Shown here one piece after another: positions 28,860 through 37,297 of a stretch of 64,000 nucleotides of DNA; position 1 is the stretch's first letter; every line of letters starts with the position of its first letter. Source of the DNA: Phycisphaeraceae bacterium (GTDB lineage: Bacteria; Planctomycetota; Phycisphaerae; Phycisphaerales; Phycisphaeraceae); contig JANQSF010000079.1 in assembly GCA_028284155.1 (NCBI GenBank), positions 55,684-119,683 on the forward strand, written 5' to 3'. The notes beneath the pieces were generated by a model. It was not told the DNA's origin and made no database searches. It saw nothing but the letters and a program-made list of their open reading frames with translations. The position numbers and the translations under genes were made by a program.

Positions 28860-31415
28860 CTACTGCACATACCGGAATTCGACACTGGCCAGCAGCGCGT
28901 GGTACACGTCCGCCCACGCCTGCTGTTGGACACTGTCGCCGCGCTTCTTGTCCTGCGCGGCGCTGGTCGCACCTGCGATGAATGCCAAAATACGCTTGGC
29001 CTCCGCCTCCGTCGGCGTTCGACCGAGCGCCGTTTGATAAGCCCGCTCGACACGCTGCCGGTCGTCCTTCGTCGAAGCAACCAACTTGCCGGCCGCGGCC
29101 TTGGACTGGCTAATCACAAACGGGCTGTTCATCATGAACAATGCCTGCGGCGCGACGGTGGTCACGTCGCGTGCGCCCTTCGTCTCGCTCGGCTCGGCAA
29201 AGTCGAAGGTCGTGAACATGTCCGGCACGAACTGCCTGACAATCGGCGCGTACACGCTGCGGTACGGGTCGTTCAACACGGCCTCGCTGGAGTAGCCGCC
29301 ACGCCCCAACTCGCCGTTCTTGGCCTTGGCCACCGGCGAGCCGGCACGGGGCTCGAGTTTGAGGTTGCCGCTGACGCGCAGCATCGCGTCGCGGATCGCC
29401 TCGGCCTCCAACCGACGGCGGCTCGCACGCCAGAGCGTGACGTTGTCCGGATCAATCTCGTAATTGCCAGCGTGATGGTCGTTACCCAGTTGGTACGTCC
29501 TGCTGAGCACGATTGCGCGGATCAGTTGTTTGGTCGACCAGCCGTCGGCGACGAATCGCGAGGCCAAATGGTCCAGCAATTCCGGATGGCTCGGCCGTGC
29601 GCCCATTTCCCCGAAGTTATCGACCGTGCGGACGATGCCGCGACCGAACAGGTGATGCCAAACCCGGTTGACCCAGACGCGCGCCGTCAGCGGGTTCCGC
29701 TCGGCGGTCATCCAATCAGCCAACTCGGCCCGGCCGCTGCCGTCCGACTTGATCCGCGCGTCATCGGTCCAGTGCACGACACGGACGTATCCGCGCGGCA
29801 CGGCCGGCCCCAGGTCGTGCGCGTCGCCCTTGATGTTGATCCGCGCATCCGCCGGCTGTGGCGACTCGCGGACACCCATCGCCAACGCCCCTGTCGGCCC
29901 GTCGTCGAACTGCGTTCGCTTCCGCTGCAGTTTCTTGATCTCGCCCTGCATCTTCCGCGACGCCTGCTGGGCCTGGCGACGTTCCGCCGCCGTGATGCTC
30001 TTGTCCTTCGCCTTCGACCGCAAGCCCTTGATGTCGCGGTTGAGCTTGGCCAACTGTCGGTTGACGGCTTGCAATTGCGCCTGGTGCTGGCGGACCGCGG
30101 CGGCTTCTTCGTCACTCATGCCGCCGACGCTATGAAGCATCGACTTGTTGCCGTAGCCCTTGTTGCCCCCGCCTCCGCGGTTGCGGTAACCGTTGAGCAT
30201 TTGCGTGCTCTTGAAGATGCCGGCCAACGCGTAGTAGTCGGCCGTCGGGACGGGATCGAACTTGTGGTCGTGACAGCGGGCGCAGCCGAGCGTCAACGCC
30301 ATCATCGATCGCCCGACCACGTTGATCTGCTCGTCGACAACGTCCATCGTGAACACCGCGCCGTCGCGTTCGTTCAGGTCGTGCGAACCCAGCGCGAGGT
30401 AGCCGGTCGCGATGAGTTGCTCCTCACGCTGCGATTCGGTCTCGGCAGGCATCAGGTCGCCCGCCAACTGCTCGCGCACGAAACGGTTGAACGGCTTGTC
30501 TTTGTTGAAGCTGTCGATGACGTAATCGCGATACCGCCAGGCGTGCGGGAACGGGTAATTACGCGTTCGGCCGATCGACTCGGCATAGCGCACGGTGTCC
30601 AGCCAATGCCGGCCCCACCGCTCGCCGAATTGACGTGACGCCAGCAAGCGATCGATGACCTTCTCGAATGCCTTTGGTGTCGGCGACGGGTCGTTGACGA
30701 ACGCCTTGATCTCTTCGAGCGTCGGCGGCAGGCCGATCAGGTCAAACGTGACGCGGCGGAGCAACGTCTGTCGGTCGGCGTCGCCGACAGGCGTCAGCTT
30801 GTCCTTCTCAATGCGTGCAAGGATGAAGCGATCGATGTCGCTACGCGGCCAGGCGTTATCGCGCACCGAAGGGATGCTCGGCTGTTGAACGGGCTGGAAC
30901 GCCCAGAACTGGCGAGCCTTGCTCAGGTCTAAGTCAGACTCCGAGGCCGCCAACTTCTTGGGGGAGTCGTTTGAGGTCGCTGCCGGGGTGCGCGGGTCAG
31001 GCGCACCCATCGCGATCCACTGCTCAATCGCCCGGATCGCACTCTCGGGCAGTTTGCCCTTCGGCGGCATCCGCAGGTTACGACTGCTGTGACTGACTGC
31101 CTTGAAGAGCAAGCTGTCCTTCGGCTTGCCCGCCACAATCGGCGATCCGGACTTGCCACCCTTGACCCAGCCCTGCCGCGTGTCCAGCCGGAGGCCGGCC
31201 TTGAGCTTCTTGGTGCGGTCCGAGTGGCATTGGTAACAATGCTTGGCCAGGATCGGCCGAATCTTCGACTCGAAGAAAGCGACCTGTTTCGCGCTGGGTT
31301 CCGCCGCCCTCGCCGTCGACGAGACAGCCAAACCCATTGCGACCAAGAAGAAACATGTGGCCATTCGCACCATGACCTGACTCCGCATCAGCGATCGAAT
31401 CTCACTAAACTTCAT
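28860..31415 (-). CDS. PSD1 / PSCyt (DUF1549/DUF1553) planctomycete cytochrome-c-motif protein
   Basis: CYQCH heme-binding-like motif near the N-terminus. DUF1549-like RRVTFDLIGLPPT and DUF1553-like CARCHDHKFDP. Several candidate ATG starts lie between 31364 and 31415. Confidence 0.88.
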   Translation of the reverse strand: MKFSEIRSLMRSQVMVRMATCFFLVAMGLAVSSTARAAEPSAKQVAFFESKIRPILAKHCYQCHSDRTKKLKAGLRLDTRQGWVKGGKSGSPIVAGKPKDSLLFKAVSHSSRNLRMPPKGKLPESAIRAIEQWIAMGAPDPRTPAATSNDSPKKLAASESDLDLSKARQFWAFQPVQQPSIPSVRDNAWPRSDIDRFILARIEKDKLTPVGDADRQTLLRRVTFDLIGLPPTLEEIKAFVNDPSPTPKAFEKVIDRLLASRQFGERWGRHWLDTVRYAESIGRTRNYPFPHAWRYRDYVIDSFNKDKPFNRFVREQLAGDLMPAETESQREEQLIATGYLALGSHDLNERDGAVFTMDVVDEQINVVGRSMMALTLGCARCHDHKFDPVPTADYYALAGIFKSTQMLNGYRNRGGGGNKGYGNKSMLHSVGGMSDEEAAAVRQHQAQLQAVNRQLAKLNRDIKGLRSKAKDKSITAAERRQAQQASRKMQGEIKKLQRKRTQFDDGPTGALAMGVRESPQPADARINIKGDAHDLGPAVPRGYVRVVHWTDDARIKSDGSGRAELADWMTAERNPLTARVWVNRVWHHLFGRGIVRTVDNFGEMGARPSHPELLDHLASRFVADGWSTKQLIRAIVLSRTYQLGNDHHAGNYEIDPDNVTLWRASRRRLEAEAIRDAMLRVSGNLKLEPRAGSPVAKAKNGELGRGGYSSEAVLNDPYRSVYAPIVRQFVPDMFTTFDFAEPSETKGARDVTTVAPQALFMMNSPFVISQSKAAAGKLVASTKDDRQRVERAYQTALGRTPTEAEAKRILAFIAGATSAAQDKKRGDSVQQQAWADVYHALLASVEFRYVQ

Positions 31416-31567
31416 TCTACAACGCTTCAACACCTAAACAATTGCCTGCCGTATGTATTTAATAATCAAATATTTACACGCCTGCTACGTCTGGCGACGC
31501 AGCGCCAAGGGAGACCGAGTTATCCTGTCAACGGCTCGATCCTTATCTGTTCATTGGAAACATTGGC

Positions 31568-32374
31568 ATGAAGACACCGAAAGTAACTGCTCTGTGCATC
31601 GTTCTAAGCCTCACTGTGACGACGCTCTCGGCCCCCATTCAGGACGTCGCCAAGCGATTCGAAGCCAAGTCGGTCGTCTACACCGGCGGCCCTTACAAGA
31701 ACGAGGTATTCAACTACCGCCTGCTACGGCCTGCCAAGATCGAGAAGGGTAAGCGGTATCCTCTGGTCGTGTTCCTGCACGGGGCCGGGGAAAGGGGAGG
31801 CGAGAATGTCAATCAACTCAAGTATCTGCCCGACTGGCTCTCTTCGGACGACATGCGGGCCAAGTACCCCTGCTACATCCTCGCGCCCCAATGTCGGCGG
31901 AACGAGAAATGGGTCGACTCGCCCTGGGGCGCCATCGAGTCGACGCCGCTTGGCAAGCCAAGCCACCAGATGCGTGTCGCCATGCAGGCCCTTGACAAGA
32001 CCCTCCGCGACGAACAGGAATCGATCGACACCACGCGGGTTTACCTGACCGGCCTGTCGATGGGCGGATACGGCACATGGGACCTGGCGATGCGTCGGCC
32101 GACGACGTTTGCCGCAATTGCCCCGATTTGCGGCGGCGGCGACGAACGCGAAGCCAAGCGGATCACGCGCCTGCCGACCTGGGTCTGGCATGGCGACAAG
32201 GACGGTGCAGTCCCAGTCGAGCGGTCGCGCAACATGATCAAAGCCCTCCAGGACGCTGGTGGCAAGCCAAAGTACACGGAACTCAAAGGTGCGGGTCACA
32301 ACGTCTGGACACCCGCGTACAAGAACAAAGACGGCGTGCTGCCTTGGCTATTCAAGCAGCGGCGGTCAAAGTGA
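31568..32374 (+). CDS. Secreted alpha/beta hydrolase (carboxylesterase/peptidase-like)
   Basis: Signal peptide. LVVFLHGAGERG, nucleophile elbow GLSMGG, and WVWHGDKDGAVPV. Confidence 0.8.
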   Translation: MKTPKVTALCIVLSLTVTTLSAPIQDVAKRFEAKSVVYTGGPYKNEVFNYRLLRPAKIEKGKRYPLVVFLHGAGERGGENVNQLKYLPDWLSSDDMRAKYPCYILAPQCRRNEKWVDSPWGAIESTPLGKPSHQMRVAMQALDKTLRDEQESIDTTRVYLTGLSMGGYGTWDLAMRRPTTFAAIAPICGGGDEREAKRITRLPTWVWHGDKDGAVPVERSRNMIKALQDAGGKPKYTELKGAGHNVWTPAYKNKDGVLPWLFKQRRSK

Positions 32375-32401
32375 CGCTCTAGTTGATTGGAGCAACCACT
32401 C

Positions 32402-33058
32402 ATGAAGCACCCATCGCGATTGGCCCGCCTCCCACAAACAGCGCTGCGCGTCTACGTCTCGATCGTGCTCGCCCTGTGGATCGCCGGGTGTCAATCGAAC
32501 CGGTCAACGTCGTCGGGCCCAACGCCGGATCCAGCGGCGATGGAAGAAGCCGCGGCCCGACAATCGACGGTGGTTGGCCAACCCGCCCCAACCTTCAAGC
32601 TACCAGACCACAACAACAAGCCGTTCGACTTGGCCGACCAGCGCGGCAAATGGCTTGTCCTGTACTTCTATCCCAAGGACGACACTCCCGGCTGCACCTG
32701 CCAGGCCACCGAGTTCACCGACCTGTTGACACGTTTTCACGATCTGGGCGCACGCGTGGTCGGCGTCAGCGCCGACTCGTGGGTGATGCACCAATTCTTT
32801 CGGACCAAGTACAACCTCAAGATCGACCTGCTCAGCGATACCGAGCACCGGGTCCTGTCGCAATACGGGGCGTGGGTCACCGCACGCGTCGGCCAATCGT
32901 CGGTCGGCCGAGTCATCCGATCGACGTTCCTGATCGACCCGGACGGCAAGATCGCGTACCACTGGCCCGAGGTCATCCCCGAAGGCCACGCGTCGCGCGT
33001 TCGGGCGAAGCTGGAATCGATCAAGAGAAACAGCCAATCAGTCAGAGACGCGCGCTGA
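32402..33058 (+). CDS. bcp: Peroxiredoxin (Bcp-type thiol peroxidase), lipoprotein form
   Basis: LYFYPKDDTPGCTCQATEF (PxxxTxxC peroxidatic Cys). Lipobox LWIAGC. The track start at 32387 is TTG; the ATG is at 32402. Confidence 0.88.
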   Translation: MKHPSRLARLPQTALRVYVSIVLALWIAGCQSNRSTSSGPTPDPAAMEEAAARQSTVVGQPAPTFKLPDHNNKPFDLADQRGKWLVLYFYPKDDTPGCTCQATEFTDLLTRFHDLGARVVGVSADSWVMHQFFRTKYNLKIDLLSDTEHRVLSQYGAWVTARVGQSSVGRVIRSTFLIDPDGKIAYHWPEVIPEGHASRVRAKLESIKRNSQSVRDAR

Positions 33059-33080
33059 CTCGCCGACCTCCGAAACAAGG

Positions 33081-33620
33081 ATGCCAGGCCGAATGCGGAA
33101 TGCGTGGCTGCTCATCTTGACCATCGTCGTCGCGCTGCCCGCCTGCACACCACACGTAAGCGATCCGGCCAAAGCACATCAACTCGAACGCGCGCTCGAC
33201 ACCATGCTCGGCCGACAGGAATCCGAGTCACGTCGGATTGCGCAAACCGCCGTGTACTACACCCGCGACCTTGCCCGCCGGTACGACGTGCAACCGCCGG
33301 CCGTGTGGCACAACTTCCTGGTCAACGCCGGCGCGCGGCAGCGCGGTCTGTGCTGTCACTGGACACGCGACCTGATGGACAGGCTCATCGCCATGAATCT
33401 CGTGCACTACGAGTTGCACTGGGGCGTGGCCTACCACGACAACCCGCTGGAGCACAGCGGCGTGGTCGTCACGCCGGTCGGCGGCCGATTTGAAGACGGC
33501 ATCCTGCTCGACGGCTGGCGTGACTGCGGCGACCTGCACTGGAGTAAGGTCGAGGCCGATAGATTCCCATGGATACCGCACCCCGATGCCAAGCCAGGCG
33601 TGCGGATCGAGTGTAAGTGA
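33081..33620 (+). CDS. Hypothetical lipoprotein with a possible Cys-His-Asp (transglutaminase-like) arrangement
   Basis: Lipobox VALPAC. GLCCHWT ... LEHSGVVV ... DGILLDGW spacing is reminiscent of a transglutaminase-like cysteine peptidase core. No firm family recognition. Confidence 0.55.
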   Translation: MPGRMRNAWLLILTIVVALPACTPHVSDPAKAHQLERALDTMLGRQESESRRIAQTAVYYTRDLARRYDVQPPAVWHNFLVNAGARQRGLCCHWTRDLMDRLIAMNLVHYELHWGVAYHDNPLEHSGVVVTPVGGRFEDGILLDGWRDCGDLHWSKVEADRFPWIPHPDAKPGVRIECK

Positions 33621-33699
33621 GCAGGCCGTTGCCGATCGCCTTGATCTTGAAACGCCACGTGGTCACCGCCTGCGACGCGCAATCCGAAAGCACTCTGCG

Positions 33700-34554
33700 C
33701 TAGTGCGACATCGCCGTCTTGCCGCCTTGATCGAATGGCAGGTCGATCCGGCCGTAAGGCGTGCCACCCTTGACGGAACCGTTGACCCGGTAGTCGATCG
33801 ATTTGGCCTTGAGCATGTTGACCGCGGCGACGCCGAGCTTGAGCGTCGAGACCTGGATCGGGATGTCGATACTGCCCGACCCGCCCTTCGAAAGCGCAAT
33901 CTTCTTTCCCAGCTTGACGTCGGCGAATTCCGTTCCACCCAGCGCGATCTTGAAATCCAGAGTGCTCAAGTCGAGCGGAAACGCGTTGGTGTTCTCGACC
34001 TTCAGTTTCACGACCGCGGCCGCGCCGGTCAGACTCAGCTTCGACCAACTGACTTCGGCCAACTCGACCTTGGGCACAGCCGGGACGGGCAGCTCGCCCG
34101 ACTTGCGCATGGGCAGTCGCAACGGTCCGAGCCCCGGCGCATCGACCGCCAGGCCCAACTCGGCCGCATAAGGCACGACCTGCCCCGCCTTGACACCTCG
34201 CAAGGCCGCGATGAGTTGATCGAAACGGACATCGGCCGGCAGGGTCAGCCGCTTCGACCCGCGTGCGGGGATCGAACCGGTCAACTCGCCTTTGCCGCTG
34301 ACAAACGGCTCGCCACCGCTGGCCAGCGCGTAGTCCACATTGACCAGCGGCAACGCCACGTCGTACGGGTTCGTCACCTCAATGTCGAAATCGAGTGACA
34401 CACTCCGCAGTTTCAGGTCGCGCAGCTTGACGCCGCGCACCCGGGCCGTGGGCTTGTCCAACGAGTCGAGGACCTGCTGCACCGACCCGCAGCCCGCGCT
34501 CAAGACAATGGCAGTGCAAAGAAGTATTGACAACAAGCATTGACGGATTGACAT
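33700..34554 (-). CDS. Tandem LEA_2/WHy (LEA14-like) domain lipoprotein
   Basis: Lipobox LSAGC. Two repeats of the pattern VTNPYDVALPLVNVDYALASGG / VENTNAFPLDLSTLDFKIALGG typical of LEA14-like water-stress domains. Confidence 0.75.
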   Translation of the reverse strand: MSIRQCLLSILLCTAIVLSAGCGSVQQVLDSLDKPTARVRGVKLRDLKLRSVSLDFDIEVTNPYDVALPLVNVDYALASGGEPFVSGKGELTGSIPARGSKRLTLPADVRFDQLIAALRGVKAGQVVPYAAELGLAVDAPGLGPLRLPMRKSGELPVPAVPKVELAEVSWSKLSLTGAAAVVKLKVENTNAFPLDLSTLDFKIALGGTEFADVKLGKKIALSKGGSGSIDIPIQVSTLKLGVAAVNMLKAKSIDYRVNGSVKGGTPYGRIDLPFDQGGKTAMSH

Positions 34555-34609
34555 GGCGGCCCCTGTTCGAGTTGGTCCGATTGTATCGACACTGAGTCGT
34601 CGCGCGTCT

Positions 34610-35581
34610 TCACTCGGCCGCGTCCACCATCAGGTCGCCAACGACGCCGACCAGCCCTGCCACGACCTGCGCCATCCGATCGAATTTGAGCTTGTCGGGC
34701 GTGTCTTCGAGCGTGTGGTAGTGGTCGTACCGCATGAAGGCCGTGTCGGTGATCGCCAGCGCCGGGTAGCCGCACTGCCAGAACGCCCAATCGTCCGACC
34801 AAGCGACGCCGCGCGTCACGGCGGGAAAGGCCTGCGCGATCGCGGGAAACGACGAATGCGATTGAAACGATGCGAGCGTTCGACGCAGCAGCGGCTTTGA
34901 ACGCAGGTTGGACAGAAACGCGATGAAGTTGCCCACACTCGAGCGAGTCAAGCCCAGCGGGAACGGGTAGCGCTGCGATCCCGGCTCGTCGCTGTAGTAG
35001 CCGAGCGTCTCCGGCGTGAGCATGCCGACAACGTTCTCGCCCCGCTCCCGGCACCGCCGCGCGTAGACCAGACTCCCCATCAGATTGGTCCTGAAAAACG
35101 GCGGCTCTTCATTGACAAACGCCACGAATCGCAAGGCGACCGGCTGAGAACTGCGTGCGAATGCGCGGGCCAATGCGAGCGTCGCCGCGACGCCCGTCCC
35201 GTTGTCGTTGGCGCCGGGCGTGCCCGGTTGACCCGACAGTCGTTTGCGGCCGCGCCGGATGCGGTCCATCGCGCACCGCGAGTCGTAGTGCGCGCCGACG
35301 ATCAGCACCGGCGCGTCGTCCGGAGCGGGCATCGACGCCTCGATGTTGTAGACCTCCACCCCCTCCGCCTCGAACGGCTGACGATTGACTTCGTATCCCA
35401 TCTCTCGGAACGAGCCGTCGATAAAGTCTGCCGCATCATTGAGCTTGTCGGCGCACCAGACGTTGCGCTCACCGATGTCGGTCGCCAACGTTGCCACGTC
35501 GCGCCGCAACGCGTCGGCCAACTCATCGATGGAACGCCACGCCGGGTTATCGCTCACCTGATCCACGGGCACGGTTATCAC
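34610..35581 (-). CDS. M28 family zinc aminopeptidase
   Basis: VGAHYDS and PGANDNGTGVAATLALAR (metal ligands), then FVNEEPPF. The track ORF extends to 35983 through R/P-rich sequence that overlaps plus-strand genes, so I use the GTG at 35581 (VITVPVDQ). Start is approximate. Confidence 0.75.
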   Translation of the reverse strand: MITVPVDQVSDNPAWRSIDELADALRRDVATLATDIGERNVWCADKLNDAADFIDGSFREMGYEVNRQPFEAEGVEVYNIEASMPAPDDAPVLIVGAHYDSRCAMDRIRRGRKRLSGQPGTPGANDNGTGVAATLALARAFARSSQPVALRFVAFVNEEPPFFRTNLMGSLVYARRCRERGENVVGMLTPETLGYYSDEPGSQRYPFPLGLTRSSVGNFIAFLSNLRSKPLLRRTLASFQSHSSFPAIAQAFPAVTRGVAWSDDWAFWQCGYPALAITDTAFMRYDHYHTLEDTPDKLKFDRMAQVVAGLVGVVGDLMVDAAE

Positions 35582-35697
35582 ACCTGTTCTGGTCGACGCA
35601 AAGGAACGCGACGAATGGTAGAGGGCAGGCCATTCGACCGACGCCCTATCATCCAGCGACTCGACCCGACGCCCCCCGACGCGCCCGACACCCTCCA

Positions 35698-35985
35698 ATG
35701 CCCGACCCGATGCCACCAGAAACCGATCCGTACGCTCCGCTGGACGAATCGCCGCCCGGCCAGGTCGCCGCCACGCCGCCGCGCGCCAATCGGCCGTCGG
35801 TGGTCGGCCGAATCGTCGTGCTGTTGATGTGCGCCATGGGCGTCGTGGCCGGCTCGATCGCCGTGTGGTACTGGACGACCCAGGTGAAACAGGTCGATAG
35901 CACGGAACGGGGCGGCGACCCGTTCGCGACGCCCGGCCAACCTGAACCGCAGGCGCCCGACCCCACGGACAACACCCAGCCATGA
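35698..35985 (+). CDS. Small single-pass membrane protein
   Basis: MPDPMPPETDPY..., with one TM helix VVGRIVVLLMCAMGVVAGSIAVWYW. Its TGA overlaps the ATG of the next gene (ATGA). Confidence 0.5.
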   Translation: MPDPMPPETDPYAPLDESPPGQVAATPPRANRPSVVGRIVVLLMCAMGVVAGSIAVWYWTTQVKQVDSTERGGDPFATPGQPEPQAPDPTDNTQP

Positions 35986-37079
35986 AGGGTAAAGCGTTTT
36001 ATCTCGTCGTCGGCCTGGTCGTCGTCCTTGGCGTGGGCGGCCTGATCTGGCGTGGCGTTTGGCTCCAGCAACAGACGCCGCTCGACCCCAACGAATGGGA
36101 CCTCAAACGCGCGCAGCAGGAACTCGACGTGCTGCGCGAGCGGCTCAACAGCGGTGAAGAGTCCAGCCGACGCTTGGCGGACGACTACCGCGAACTGGTC
36201 GAGCGGTTCCCCAAGTTCGCCACGGCGCGGGCTGAGTACGCGATGGTGCTCTACAACATCCCAAACTGGGAAGAGGCGTACGAGCAGGTCAAGCAGGCAA
36301 TCGACCTGGACGACCAACGCGGCGACTGGCACCTGCTGGCCGGCACAGTCGCGTCGAATCTGGGCATGACCGAAACCGCGTCGAAGCACTACGAGCAGGC
36401 GGTGTCGATACAACCCGACAACGCCGACTTCCTGACGCACCTGGCTCAGACGCAGATCAATATGCGTCAATTCGACGAGGCGCGGATGACGTTGCTGCAG
36501 TCATTCAAGTTCGACGCGGAAAACCACTCCGCGTACGGACTCATGGCCGACCTGTACGCCCGTCAGAACAAGATGACGCTTGCGATCGACGCGATCAAGA
36601 AGGCGATCGACCACACGCCGCCCGACCTGCGACCGGTACAAGCGGCCTACATCCAACGCAAGGCCGCGTACCTGCGACGCAACCGGCAGTACAAGCAGGC
36701 GTTGAACGTCTTGAACAACGAGTTGCTTTCGGACGATCACCTCCGCCCCAGCGTGTTGCAGGACCTGGCGGTGACGTACATGCTGCTGGGCGAGCCGGCC
36801 AAGGGAGCCAAGGCATTCGAAGAGGCGTTCAAACTCGTGCCGGCCGACGAAGCACTAGCGGCCGGCGCCGCTCACTGGCGGATCAAGGCCGGCGACCTGG
36901 ACAAGGCCGGCGAACACATCGCCGCGCTGCGACGACTCAATCCGCGCGACCGTCGGCTCGCTCAACTCGAACAACAACTGACCGCCGCACGCAACCGGCC
37001 CAAGCCATCGGAGTCGACCGATGACAAGACGCCCACGTCCGACGCGGCCAATGCGGACGCGTCGGGCGGGAACCGGTAG
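35982..37079 (+). CDS. TPR repeat protein with N-terminal membrane anchor
   Basis: TM helix AFYLVVGLVVVLGVGGLIW, followed by repeated TPR-like A..YE.A....P.N pairs. Confidence 0.75.
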   Translation: MKGKAFYLVVGLVVVLGVGGLIWRGVWLQQQTPLDPNEWDLKRAQQELDVLRERLNSGEESSRRLADDYRELVERFPKFATARAEYAMVLYNIPNWEEAYEQVKQAIDLDDQRGDWHLLAGTVASNLGMTETASKHYEQAVSIQPDNADFLTHLAQTQINMRQFDEARMTLLQSFKFDAENHSAYGLMADLYARQNKMTLAIDAIKKAIDHTPPDLRPVQAAYIQRKAAYLRRNRQYKQALNVLNNELLSDDHLRPSVLQDLAVTYMLLGEPAKGAKAFEEAFKLVPADEALAAGAAHWRIKAGDLDKAGEHIAALRRLNPRDRRLAQLEQQLTAARNRPKPSESTDDKTPTSDAANADASGGNR

Positions 37080-37115
37080 CAGCAAGTCACCTGGATTCCC
37101 GCGCGCTCGGTGCGC

Positions 37116-37229
37116 TGATTGATTGACGAATGATGATTGTTGGATTGAGATTGATGAAGTCGGAACTCGCGCCGAACGCGGTCTTTCCGACCTCAACAAT
37201 CAACAATCGCTATTCATCAATCGTCAATT
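37116..37229. repeat. AT-rich imperfect palindromic intergenic element, copy B (most complete)
   Basis: TGATTGATTGACGAATGATGATTGTTGGATTGAGATTGATGAAGTCGGA - loop - TCCGACCTCAACAATCAACAATCGCTATTCATCAATCGTCAATTG. The arms are imperfect reverse complements. Confidence 0.85.
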
Positions 37230-37297
37230 GCTTGAGCTTCAAATCGCGCCCAGGAACGGAACGTGCCCGATCGCGAGTCGTTTGATACGATCCCCTC

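Noticed and set aside
28824-30638. 604-aa plus-strand ORF antisense to the PSD/DUF1553 gene
   Set aside because: Same artefact. The minus strand carries CYQCH, CARCHDHKFDP and other family hallmarks. The plus frame is R/L/V/H-rich with no motifs.
32383-33120. 245-aa plus-strand ORF overlapping bcp in another frame
   Set aside because: The bcp frame carries the peroxiredoxin active-site motif. The alternative frame is R/P/G-rich with no motif.
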